DNA from: Isurus oxyrinchus
Lineage: Eukaryota
Direction of reading: 5' to 3'
Length of the DNA: 64,000 nucleotides
Assembly (NCBI GenBank): GCA_026770705.1
Contig: JANJGN010000005.1
Span: 166,904,001-166,968,000, forward strand
Shown here: piece after piece, positions 13,185-24,858 of the stretch
Position numbering within the stretch: the first letter of the stretch is position 1
How the letters are laid out: the number at the start of each line of letters is the position of its first letter
Position numbers and translations under genes: made by a program
Notes under the pieces: generated by a model
Databases searched by the model: none
The model's input: the letters and a program-made list of their open reading frames with translations, nothing else
What the model was told of the DNA's origin: nothing

Positions 13185-14549
13185 GGGTGGAATTGTCCTA
13201 GATTTGCACTAAGTGCGGTAACGGGAGAAAAAAAGGACATTTTACCTGCCAGCTGCAATGGCGGCTTTTCATGCTATATCATCCCAATCCCACCTCATTA
13301 ATTATGCATTCCCAGGAAACACCCTGTTTCAATAGTGGGCGAGCGCTCATTTACCCACCACGCCTTCATCTCGCTGCTTCATCACACCGGACGTTGTACG
13401 TAAAGTGCAACCACGCACACAAACTCTCAGTTCTTCCAGCCCACAACTGATACGTGGAAGACATGGCCCTGAAAGACAAGAAGACTGCAGCCTCCTATTC
13501 AATGACATGTCCTTCGAGTGCATTTTGGATGCAGTGGAGGCCTGCTGTGATATCTTCTACTCCTGCTCTGGGTGAAGATCAGCAAGCAAGGTCACCAATC
13601 CAGCATGGGAGGTGGTGGCAGTTGTGGTCAGCGCCAATGTCCTTCAAAAGAGGACAGCCACCCAGTGCTACAAAAGGATGAATGACCTCATCCATTCTGA
13701 CGGGGTGAGTCACTCTTCTCATCACTCTCAACTCACACACTCACAAACCCATCACATCCACAGGGATTTCACACCTCAAAAGACAACACCACTAACTCTC
13801 ACACACACCCTCACATCTCCATCAGGCTCATATCCTCTGGTGCTGGCGTCCTCATCACGTCCATGTCTCCGCCCACCACACAAACATTCCATGCAGTGCC
13901 ATGTGTTCTGTTCATAGTCTTTCCATCTGTTTTCATGCAGGAGAAGCCTGCTCACAAGGGTAGGGAGAGGCTCCAGACTGGAGTAAGGCCCCTCACTCAC
14001 TTTGAGGACTGTGCCATCGCGCTGACTGATGAGGACATGAACTGTGCCTGTGGCGGTGGTGAAGACTGTCATGAGGATCCTGAAGCGCATCATCCCTCTC
14101 TCAATGCAAATGTGAGTGCTCTCTCTCCTGCCTTTGACTCTGCTGCCATGCACTAATTATCTCTACTTTGGTTCACAGGAAGCTCTGCCAAGCAAGCGAC
14201 ACACTCAGTGAGTCAGTCGCTCAGCTCCATCCACATCTCCACCTCCATCCAAGAGGACTCCTCCTCCATTGAAGAGCTGGAAATAGGCAGCCTGGAAGAC
14301 CTGTCACAGCAAATACCCATACTCTCTACCAGTGCAGAGATGCAAACCCCAGTGGGACCTAGATCTATAGCAGGCTCGGTTCACAACATAGTGTTCACCT
14401 CATGGATATGTGTCTGCCGGAGGAGGAGGCAGGTTCAACCGAGCTCCCTGGCACTCAGAGGACTGCTGGGGAAGAGGCATCTGTGGGGTCTAAGTCAGAA
14501 GATGACAATCTGGATTCAGCCTTCCAACTCGTCCTGGAGAGTCAGCAGA
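13185..14549 (+). mobile_element. Harbinger-type transposon left arm with 3-exon Myb/SANT pseudogene
   Basis: TIR-like gggtggaattg after aacCTG. ATG 13463 (MALKDKKTAA) to ATQCYKRMNDLIHSDG, donor gtgagt 13705; acceptors at 13940 and 14178. Homologous to 46764-48800; truncated by a CR1 tail. Confidence 0.8.
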
Positions 14550-14812
14550 ACATAAGAACTTAAGAACATAAGGACTAGGAACAGGAGTAGGCAATTCAGC
14601 CCCTTGAGCCTGCCCCGTCATTCATTACGATCATGGCTAATCTCATTTCTGTCTCAATTCCAATTTCCCAACCTCTCCCCATAACCTTTCAACCCATTAC
14701 TAATTACAAATCTCTCTATCTCCTCCTTAAATTTATTCAGCGTCCCAGCATCCACTGCACTCTGAGGTAGTGAATTCCACAGATTTACGACCCTTTGAGA
14801 AAACTAATTCCT
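14550..14812 (-). mobile_element. CR1 LINE 3' tail
   Basis: aacataagaac-type terminal repeat plus ggagtaggc.attcagccc...gatcatggct, as in the 7081 tail. Confidence 0.85.
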
Positions 14813-15089
14813 GCTTCCTGCTGCAGTAAATAACACAATTTGAACCAACTGCTTTCAGGTGATTGACAGATAGTTGCCCCTCCAGGCAGTTCTCCACTTA
14901 ATAAACTAACCTAACTTACCTGAAGGTTAGTGCTATGATAGATCTTGATTCTTAATCTATAGTTAAAACTTGAAAAGGAATTACCAGAACATACCATGTG
15001 AGCCTAATTCACTATTCAATCAGTCTCTGTCTCACTCCAGCATAATCACCTGTCTCCTCGTGCACCCAAATTTTTGATTGCAGCCAAAG

Positions 15090-15500
15090 TGAAAACTTTA
15101 CCCCATATATCTTTAGTTTTCAAAATGTGCACTTGATTTCCCCCTCATGGATATCTGTGCACAGTCCTTGATTCAATTTCCCCTGTGCCAAACTCCCTTT
15201 AAAATTGCTGAAATGAGGCCTACTCCCATTGTGTAATTTCTAATTAAATTGTTCCTGTCCTTTTCCATCACTGCTATAAACCTATTGATATTATGATCAC
15301 TGTTTCTCAAAGGCTCCTCCATGTGCTTCACTTTCCCCACTTCATTCCTGAGAATCAGACCCAGCACTGCTTCCTTCCTTATTGAACTGAAAACATACTA
15401 AACAAAGAAATTGTAATGTAAGTATTTAAGTAATTTCTCACCCAAAAACACTACTATTTTCCAAGTGTATATTAGGATATTTGAAGTCCCCTATTATTAC
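15090..15500 (-). mobile_element. CR1 LINE endonuclease fragment
   Basis: Minus-strand LGLILRNEVG...LRNSDHN and GDF-like APE motifs. Confidence 0.6.
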
Positions 15501-15519
15501 TTTATTATTTTATTACTTC

Positions 15520-16085
15520 AACAACAGCCCTTGTGTACTTCGTAGCTGAGTACTGTGCATTGGTATGGGCCAGAAGTAGCCACACTAGGCTGATCGATGC
15601 TCAACTGAACGCTACACTGAGATGCATCACTGGAACCCCAACACCCTGTTTGCCTTGCTAGCACATATCGCCACCTCCCCCCAACACCCATCTGCCATGA
15701 TGCAGTGACCTCCAAGAAGCTCAGCCAATCAAGGAAAACAAATGCGATCCCTTCCATCAGGACCTCACCAACATCCCTCACCTCCGCTTGAAGTCATGTA
15801 AGCCCTTTTGGACCCATCAACACAACCTCAGGCAATGCGATTTCAATCCTGAGGGAGCTTAGGAACATGAATGCTCCTCACAAGAAGTTGCGAACAAACA
15901 TCTCGTGAAAGACCCAACACAGAGGGTCCCTGGTTTTGACATCCCACGAAGCTCATGAGCTAAACCGCATCTGTACAAATGATGTCAGATGCGGAAAACT
16001 GATGTGCAAATGGAAAATGAAAAATTCTCCAGGTCACCCAGAACAGACCATGGAACACATAAGAACTCAATGCCCGACTCATAAA
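15520..16085 (+). mobile_element. Vingi/Ingi-like (I-group) non-LTR retrotransposon C-terminal fragment
   Basis: Translates to TALVYFVAEYCALVWARSSHTRLIDAQLNATLRCITGT and later PGFDIPRSS...LNRICTN..RCGKLMCKWKM, motifs I recognise from Vingi/Ingi RT C-termini. Confidence 0.65.
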
Positions 16086-16369
16086 TACAAGGAAGTACTA
16101 CAGTGAATACATACTGCCACTGCTGACATAATATCCTAGCTTGACCACCTTGATGTAAAATTATAGTTGTTGTTCTATACCCAGCCATACAAAAGAAGAA
16201 GACTCCTTTATAATCCTTTCTTTTCTCGAAATTTGAGTCCAAATTTTCTCCTCTATCTCATTCCCTCTATTTGGGGGCCTTTGGTTTGCATCCAGCATCT
16301 TAATCGCCTTTGCCTATTCCTTAATTCTAACCAAATGGATGCTGTCTTTGAACTCTTAAATATATGACC

Positions 16370-17545
16370 CCTTTCCAGGGCTGTCATTTTTCTCCTCCGT
16401 TCTTTCCTTCCCTATCTTTCCTGAACACTTTCTAGCAAGGACTATTAGTTTTCAATTCCCCCTTGTTTGAGCCAGTTCTACATTACTGCGGGTCTATCAT
16501 AATCTGAAATAGCAATTTGTGCCTGCAGCGTACAAATCTTATTGAACACACTCCATGCATTTATGTACATGCATTCTATATCCAGCCTAATCTTGTTTAC
16601 GTTTCCCCACTGTCTGATCCCTCATATTTCTGAACTACTCCTTAATTCTCATGTTGTTTTCTCCCTTACTCCCTTGTCTGCTTTATTTCTCCTCTTTAAC
16701 GCCTCATTGGTGCCTCTTGCCCCTGCCAAATTAGTTTAATCCCAGCTCCCTCAGGGCAGTAGTTGATGTGCAAACTGTCCATTTTGAATATGTCCCAGCT
16801 GCCCCAGAACTGCACCCCCCCCCCCCCCCCCCCCCACCCCAAGGACACTGAAGTGCTCTTTCTTTCACCATTTCTCCAGCTACACATTAACCTGTTTTGT
16901 CTTACTGCTCCATTGTTCACTAGCATGTGGCACTGGGAATGGTCCAATGAGGCCCTGATCTTTTCTTTCCCCTTAACCCCCAAAACTCTGACTGCTGGAC
17001 TTCAAACTTTTCCTTTTCTATGTTGTTGATTTCAACAGAGACCACAAATCCTGGCCATACCCTTTACTCCAAAGAATGCTCTTCCCCTGTTCCATGATGC
17101 TCTTTACGTTGGCACCAGAGAGGAAACACACAATGTGAAATTCACGTCAGTGGTTGCAGGAATGCCTGTTGATCCACCTGACTATCGAATCTCCTGTGAC
17201 CTTTGCATTTCCACAATTTTCAGTGACTGCCTGCGCAGTTCTTAATTCCACGGTACTCTGGACATGCTCCAGTCCTTTGAGATCTTTTCAACTTCATTGG
17301 AATTCAACACTAAAATCAAATGTCTTGTGTGTGTCACACCTGGAGAAATTCTGCTCTGTCTGCTTCTTCTTTCTGCCCTGCCAGTTGGCTACTCACTTAT
17401 TATGCTCCTTAACTCATTAGGCCGAGAGGGTGACCACTTCCTGGAATGTGTGCACCAGGAAATTCTTAGCCTCTGGCTTGCCCTGCAGTCACTCCAGCTA
17501 CTACACTGAGCTTAAGCTCGACCAGCCATAGGCACTTCCTACGTG
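16370..17545 (-). mobile_element. Old CR1 LINE ORF1-ORF2 junction fragment
   Basis: Degenerate APE start on the minus strand (16465-16570) and ORF1-like region upstream, collinear with 12200-13100. Confidence 0.55.
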
Positions 17546-17546
17546 C

Positions 17547-17695
17547 TTTTCTTTTTATTTGTTCATGGGATATGAGTGTTGCTGGCAAGGCCAGCATTTA
17601 GTGCTCATCTCCAACTGGTCTTGGGAAAAGATAGTAGTGAGCTGAACTGCTGCAGTCCATGTGGTGTAGGTACCTCTACAGTGCTGTTATGGACC
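17547..17695 (-). mobile_element. Family A LINE 3' end
   Basis: ttcatggga...gctggcaaggccagcattta...ctgcagtccatgtggtgtaggtac matches 7450-7570. Confidence 0.8.
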
Positions 17696-18037
17696 CCATA
17701 ACAGTGAAGGAATGGTTGAGGAACAGTACTCATCCAGGACAAGGAACAGTATTCTAAGCAGGCAGCTGGGAAGTCAGCACGATTGAATTTGACTACTCCA
17801 AATGAGCTCCAAAACAACTTTAAGTGAGGTTGCCCCCACACTAAATTGCCTTCGCCACCCCCGTACTGCGACATGCAGCCAATCAGCAGCACACTCAGCA
17901 CTGGGCTACACACCACAATCATGCAAATCAGCACACAGCATGAACTTTCCTTGCTGCCTCAATCACATTGAACAAGCACGAGGGTAATCCACTTTGCCAA
18001 CCATTGAAAAATATCAATATTAATTAGTGTGAATTTT

Positions 18038-18275
18038 AATGTGTGAATATTGACTATATAGATCTCAATATGTGAATATTAATTATATACAACTCAGTGT
18101 ATTCACAGATCACTGTGTAAGTATTGATTATGTGCAGTTCAATGTGTGAATGTTGACTGTTCACAACTCCCTACAAAATGTTGATGCTGACTACATGCAA
18201 CTCAATGTATGAATGTTGATTACCTACAGCTCAATGGAAGATTGTTGACTATATGCAGTTTAATGTATGAATGTT
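18038..18275. repeat. Degenerate ~29-bp minisatellite (aatgtgtgaatgttgactatatgcaactc)
   Basis: About 8 imperfect tandem units visible. Confidence 0.75.
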
Positions 18276-18749
18276 ATGTGCTCCATCTGATATTGGGCAA
18301 GCGTATAACAAACATATAACATGTACTTTTGCCCAAGACAAATTTCTATCCCTCGAAATGTCATTGTACTGGTGAAAAATCATTCATCTTCTGTACCACA
18401 GTTGTATTTCATTTTCACTGAACCCTCCCTATACATCATTCAATCTTTAGTGCCAAGTTAATTTCCCAGGTTATTGCCACTGTGCTTAAGGGACTGTAAA
18501 AATTCATTATCTTCCTTTCAACACTTTAGCAACAGCAAGAGTTATAGTGAGAAACAGGAACTCCAAAATCTGTATTTTGATGATATTATGACAATCAGAT
18601 ACATGGCCTAAGATCATAAGACAAAGGAGCAGGAATAGGCCATTCAGCCTACTCCTCAATAAGATCATGGCTGATCAGATTGTGGCCTAAACTCCACTTT
18701 CCCTGCTTGCCCTGACCACCCCAAGCCCCATCCCAACCCATAATGCTTG

Positions 18750-19037
18750 TATTATGTTTTTTCTGTCGGGTCGCTTTGCTCGTGAACACGGTTGTACGTC
18801 TATCTACAGGTGGATGAGTTGGCAAACAATGTACTGCAGATGCAGAGACCAGCATAAGATGGAGCACATGCTGTTTATTAATAACAGAGCACTAACGCAA
18901 TGTGTCCTTCTCAAACCAGACCCTATTCTAAACTACTGATTAACATTGTAGCCTGTGCTACACAACAATTGGATAATAGTCATGTGGTCAATCTGCTCAC
19001 ATTCTCTTAAAGGTGTATTGCACCTCAGATTACCCCA
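18750..19037 (-). mobile_element. Solo LTR (Gypsy, related to the LTR at 54447-54775)
   Basis: 5-bp TSD GCTTG (18745-18749, 19038-19042); shares gtagcctgtgcta, catgtggtc, cttaaaggt and attacc.ca with the 54447-54775 LTR; AATAAA on minus strand. Confidence 0.8.
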
Positions 19038-19079
19038 GCTTGACTCCTTTGTAGATCAAAAATCCATCCAGCTCACCTC

Positions 19080-19950
19080 TGTTAGAATCATCCCTCAATA
19101 CTGAATTTTTATTTAACAAAATGGAAGGACATGGCATGATCTGGACATTTGGATGTTAACCTGTTTTTGTTTAAAGAAGGTCATAAGTTCATCTTGGAAC
19201 TGTCAGCAAGCAGGCCTTTTCCAAAAAAATCACCTGACTATATGGTACTTGAGAAGGAGTTGTTTTGTTTGTATTGAGCTGCAAAGACCTTTTATTAATA
19301 GGAGACAAAAAAGTCAATCACATGGGAGAGAGAAAAAAAACTTAAATCGTGAACCTGCTTTTTTGAGGAGTCTTGTTGGAGAACAAGCTGAGAAAGGAAG
19401 GTTCCCTCTCTCCACCTTGTCTAAAATTATGTGTGGCTATCAGCCTGCAGCCAGAAAACCCTCATCTGAGTGTAACCAGAATGCATCTGGACCTGCAAAA
19501 ATAGACTCGTTGGTGAGAACATCCAGGCATTTACCAGGTCTGCACACGTGAGAACTCCAGTCGACAGCGTCGAGACCCTGCGGAGTTTATGTTTTATTTT
19601 ATAACATCATCCTCCAAAGCCTATCCCTGCAGAGATTTTATCTGTTTGTCTTTTGTTTGTCTGTGTGTGAGCTGGGGGAATTATTTAGGAAGAGGGAGGT
19701 AGTTATACTTACCGATTACAACTGTGTGTTTCAATACTAGCAACTTGTTAAAAGAAGTTTTGTTTTAAAAATAAATTAATCATTCTGTGTTTTTGAAAGA
19801 AGCCTTGCCAGAGTCTTTTTTTCTGAATACTAGAAGTATAGGTACCCAACTGGCCATTTTGGTGAGAAAATTAAATATTTAAAAAATGGTATGGCCTGTG
19901 GAGTAGTGGGGCTTGATAATTTGTGCACTCCTCCCATCCTGGTCGAAGCA
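19080..19950 (+). mobile_element. Probable solo LTR (second family)
   Basis: TG...CA termini (tgttag...ggtcgaagca), AATAAA near 19770, interrupts the CR1 tail; no clean TSD seen. Confidence 0.6.
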
Positions 19951-20602
19951 TGCTCTCTGGGGAAGAGAATTCCAAAGACTAATGACCTCTAAGAGAAGAA
20001 ATTCCTCCTCATCTCTGTCTTAAATGGGAGAACTCTTATTCTGAAACTGTACTCCCTAGTTCTAGATTGCCCCACAAGGGGCAGCATCCTCTCCACCCTG
20101 TCAAGTCCCCTCAGGATTGTATATGTTTCAGTAGACTACCTCTCATTCTTCTAAGCGCCAATGAGTATAGGTCCAACCTGCTCAAACTTTCTTCATAATA
20201 CAACCCTTCATCTCAGGAATCAGTCGAGCCAACCTTCTCTGAACTGCTTCCAATGCACATATATCCTTCCTTAAGTAAGAAGAGCAAAATTGTACACAAT
20301 ACCGTGGGTGAGGTCTCAGCAATGCCGCATACAGTTGAAGCAAGATTTCTTTACTTTTATACCTCAGCTCCCTTACTATAAAAACATTCCATTTGCCACT
20401 CTATAACTTGCTATACCCGCTTGCTAACATTTTGCGATTCAAGTTCATCTGCGCCATGGCATCCTGCAGTCTCGCGCCATTTAAATAATATTCTGCATTC
20501 CAATTCTTCCTGCCAAAGGACAAACTTGCGTTTTACCACATTATACACCATCTGCCAAATTTTTTCCCACTTACTTAACCTATCAATATTTGCAAAATCT
20601 TT

Positions 20603-21273
20603 TGGCAGAATATTGTGGAGGCAACAGGGGTATCAGCCTCTGGCTGGGGAGCTGGCAAGAGCCTCACATTGCCTTTTTTTTAAGGAAAACCTGCTAGTTC
20701 TTGTGCCACAAAGAAACTTGGCAGGCCAGTAGCAGGCCTTACCCCGAAATCAAGGACCCCGGGCACAGAAGTCCCATCCACTGAAAGTTGCTGAGCAATC
20801 AGAGGCCAGCAGCTCCATTGAATGCCAACACCGCCGTAGAGGCAATGATTGCTGCCACAGAACACCCACCCAAGGCCCAGTATCTTCACTGCATCCCAGG
20901 CCATAGGTGAGATGGCAGGAGGCAGATGTGAGGTGGCAGTCGCTGGGGAGGGTGGGGGAGGGATTTTTTGGTAGCAAGCCAGGGGTTGGCTCTCAGCTCT
21001 TCTCACCCCTTCTTATTGCTGGGGCCCTCAACCAGGCGCTGAGTGCCTTTGAACGAGGGTGCACCTCGGGAGGTCACGAGCAACGCACGGGTTTTATTGC
21101 CGTGGTCTCTAGGTGACAAACTCTCCACCCGCTGCTTGGTAAATGCCAGCTGCCATGGTCTTCATGGGGGTGGAGGCAGGTGGGTGCCAGTGTCCACCCC
21201 CACCACTTTCCTATCTGATTAAATGCCCCCAAGTCACCAAAATCACCATAGGGGATGGCACAAGATTCGGTCC
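20603..21273. mobile_element. Harbinger-like MITE family B
   Basis: Degenerate TIRs tggcagaatatt / aagattcggtcc; TSD TTT; CR1 RT continuous across it; related to 42545-43085. Confidence 0.7.
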
Positions 21274-21749
21274 TTTGTATCCTCTCAACAACTTGTTCCT
21301 GCATATTTTTGTGGTGTCAGCAAATTTGGTTGCAATAGTGTCAGTCCCAACTTCCAAATCATTAATATAGATCATAAATAGTTGAAGCTTCAGCACTGAT
21401 CCCTGTGGCATTCCAATAGCCACAGCTTGCCAGCCCAATAATGATCCATTTACCCTGACTCTCGGTTTCCTGATAGTTAGCCAATCCTCTCCCAGACTAC
21501 CATATCAACTCCAACACCATGATCTCTCATCTTGTATATTAACTTTTTGTGTGGCACCTTATAAATGCCTTTTGGAAATCCATTGGTTCCCCTTTATCTA
21601 CCCTGCTTGTTACATCCTCAAAAAACTCTAATGAATTTGTCAAACACAATTTCCCTTTCACAAAACCATTTTGACTCTACCCAATTGTGTTATGATTTTC
21701 TGAATGTCCTGTTACTCCTTCCTTAATCATGGATTCTAGCTTTTTCCCA

Positions 21750-22391
21750 GGGCAGAATTTTTCTCTCGTCAGGCGGGCGCATGCCCGACCTGAATGAGAG
21801 TAAAATAGTGCGCGATGACATTGGGCAAGCGTCCCAACGTCATTGCGCATTCTCACGATATTTCACCTGGCAGGCAGGCGGGAGAGGTGGCAGTGCGCCC
21901 ACCAATAATTAGGAGACCTATTAAGGCCCTTAATCGATTAATTAAATCAGACTTTTCATTGCCCTGTCCAACTGTTCGGTTGGCATTCGGGCGAAAAGGC
22001 CAAGCGGCCTTTGGATATTTTATGAAACCTCATCCAAGGGTGGGATGAAGTTTCCAACAGGAATTAAAAATAAAATAAAAACATTGAAATCTCACTTTTA
22101 ATGTGTCCCTGCTCATGAAGCAGAGTCACATGAGGGGACATATTTTTACCATTTTTAAATTCTTTATTTATGTTTTTAAAAATCTTCAGCTCCCTGAGGC
22201 AGCTCTGTGCCTTCAGGGAGCATTCAATGTGCACACCCACGCTCGCCCTGCTCCTACCCCCACCCTGGCAGCGCTCAGCATTGCAGTGCGCAATTCACAC
22301 TGACTGGCCGTTAATCGCCGGCGGCAGTCAGTTTTGTGACCACTCCGGGGCCAAACGGTCGTGCCCGTCTGACATGGTAAAAATCCTGACC
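21750..22391 (-). mobile_element. Harbinger-like MITE family A, copy 2
   Basis: TIRs gggcagaatttt / aaaatcctgacc; TSD CCA; inverted relative to copy 1. Confidence 0.9.
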
Positions 22392-22489
22392 CCAGTGACA
22401 GATGTTAGGCTAACTGACCAATAGTTTCCTGTTTTCTGTCCCCCTCCTTTACTGAGTAGCACTTGGACAAAAGTACAATATAAATTTAC

Positions 22490-24190
22490 ATTACCTCTCT
22501 GTTTAGATATTCTATTCTTCTAGAAATTACCCCAATACATTTTTGCACTCTTTATGGCCTTACCAGATTGTATTGCTGCTCTTAACAATTTACGTATCTG
22601 TATTCCCAGAACTCTTTGCTCTGCTACTCCATTTAATTTCTTACTCTACAATAAATGAGTGGCCTCTTTATTCTTACTCCCAAAAGGAAGCACCTCACTA
22701 TCATCTCACTTCACCTTTAGCATATTGAATTTAATTTCTCATTTACCACTCACAACCAACAAGCCTGTATATGTCTTGCTGTATTTTGGTGTGGTCCTCC
22801 ACATTTTTAACTAAACTCCTCACTTTAATGTCATCTGCCAAGTTGGACACCAGGGACATGATTTTTCAAGGAATAGCCAATTGATGGCCAGAGGGCATGC
22901 TCAAAATCCAATTAAGGATGGTGGGCAGGCTCCCAGTGCTGCAGGGCAAAGAGGAGGCCCTCCAGCATGAAGATAATGGCAGCCTGCCGATGCAAGGAAG
23001 GGAAAGATGGAGCTGCTTCTTGGAGCTATCAAAGGCTTAGGAAATAAAAATGGCCACGCCAGACCACCATGGTGGAGGGAAGTTGTAACCAATCTTCCTT
23101 CCCAGGCAGGCGTGGTGGGGAGCATGGAGCGGGGACTTTAAATCTTTAAATTACTCTGGAGCACTGCCCCATTCCCCCAGTCTGCTGCCTTTCAATTGTG
23201 GTGCTTTGACCATCACGGTGGGTCCGCTTGCTGACTGGAAAATTCCAGTTCTGGTATGAGAGAGGGACCTTAACAGGCTGAAATAGGCCCCATAATTGCT
23301 TCAATTAGCTAACCATTACTTTTGGGCAGGGAGCCATTGTGCTTCGACCTGGCCTCATTGAAAAAAGCCAGGAGGCAGAAGATGCTGGCAAAATAATGCA
23401 ATGTCCCCCCCGGAGGGATTTTTCTATTTGGACACCTCTGGTTCCACTTCTGCAGCAATTGGAAAACATGGACCTGCATATCCAATTTCTGAGCTCAAAT
23501 TATTCATATGTATGACGACCAACAATGGTCCCGGCAGAGATCTCTGCAGGACACCACTTCCTACTTTCTGCAAAACCTCCCCTAATTCTTTCCCTTTGTT
23601 TTCGGTGTTTTTTAGCTATCTTTCAATCCATTTTGTTTCTTGACTCCTGACTGCACAGGCAGCAAACTTTGCCTATGAGGCCCTTACTTGACACCTTCTA
23701 GGAGGTCTACTCTTTTGGTTACTTGTACAAATAATTTGAAAACACAAGTGAAACATAGGGAGGAATTTTATGGCCCCATCACAGTGGGGGCAGGGTCATA
23801 AAATGTGGCAAGATGTTCAAAAGCCCATTGATTTTGGCGGGACTGTAAAATCCTGCTGGCGTAAATCTCACCCAGGACCTTTCCTCCAGAAATTCATCAC
23901 CAGTCTTCAGATAATTTGTTACCTTTGTTTATAATGAAGATTCCCGTGCATTTCCTAACACTAATATTAAGCTGATTGGTCTTTACTTTCCTGGATTTCT
24001 TCTAGCTCCCTTTTAGAAGAGAGGGATTACATGTGCTGTTTGCCAGTATTTTGGCACTGTTCCTTTTCTGTTAATTGCTATATGTGGATACAAACACCTC
24101 AGCTTTCTTCTTGCTAGTTTCTTTAAATATCTGCAGGTGCAATACATCTGAATCCAGGGTATTATCATCCTTAAGTATAGGTGGTTAGCC
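22490..24190 (-). mobile_element. Old CR1 RT fragment with inserted MITE-like elements
   Basis: gtcatctgccaagtt and gatctctgcaggacaccact are minus-strand remnants of the ADD and GVP.G RT motifs; insertions at ~22854-23473 and ~23758-23875. Confidence 0.55.
22854..23473. mobile_element. MITE-like insertion (Harbinger-type, old)
   Basis: Imperfect TIRs ggacatgatttt / aaaacatggac; flanks CAG and CTG; interrupts the LINE. Confidence 0.45.
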
Positions 24191-24445
24191 TATTATTTCC
24201 TTCCTAACCATTTTAACTGCTGTAGTATCCCTTCGGAATTCTTGAAGTAATCTACTGATAATTATGTCATTAGCACTTCTAATTGTCAAATTAAATTACA
24301 AATGTAGCATTAACAAGTGGGAATAATTGCATGCAAATGTGGTAAATAACAAGGATACAAAGAGGGAAGGCCAATATAGTAAAAGGATTACATGCTTGTG
24401 CTAGATCATAACATACCAGTGATATCACTGAGAAAATACAAACTC

Positions 24446-24593
24446 AAAGAGCTTGGCCTAAATAGCCAAGTGGTTATGGTACTGGGCTTGTAATTCCAAA
24501 GTTTATCAAGAGTTCAAATCTCCCAATGACAAACTATGAAACAATGTAACTTCATCTGATAACAGATGGAAATGTGTTTGTACTTGAAAGAGT
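24446..24593 (+). mobile_element. tRNA-derived SINE with tRNA-Thr(TGT)-like head
   Basis: A box tagccaagtgg, anticodon-loop-like cttgtaa, B box gttcaaatc; flanked by 9-bp direct repeat tacaaactc (24437-24445, 24594-24602). Confidence 0.7.
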
Positions 24594-24858
24594 TACAAAC
24601 TCTGAACTTTGCATTAATCTGCACAAAGAAAATTTAATGAAGAAATTTATTTTTTTGTAAGATACTTTTTAAAGACCCCGGACTGTGTAAAAATGTAGCG
24701 AAAGCAGCTTTAAAAAAGCTGACACAGCTCCTCAAAAACTTTGAGGTCAAATTTTTTTCTGACTTAAATCTATGACACATGAAGATAAGTACCTATTATA
24801 TAAGCTCATTAGAGGGATTATTCCAATATAGATTAGAGTGCAATGAATATAGAACCAT

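Larger units (their letters stand above)
18612..22460 (-). mobile_element. CR1 LINE (family B) 3' half hosting two solo LTRs and two MITEs
   Basis: 3' tail at 18612; RT motif GMPQGSVLKLQLFMIYINDLE...KFADTTKI (21274-21438); sequence resumes across each insertion. Confidence 0.85.

Noticed and set aside
16815-16834. Poly-C run
   Set aside because: Simple homopolymer inside a decayed LINE; length may be a sequencing artefact.
24456-24530. Functional tRNA-Thr gene
   Set aside because: Acceptor and T stems do not pair properly; followed by a tail and flanked by a direct repeat, so treated as a SINE.
24550-24585. Hammerhead in the SINE tail (ctgataac...gaaa)
   Set aside because: The core deviates from CUGANGA and no helix II can be drawn.
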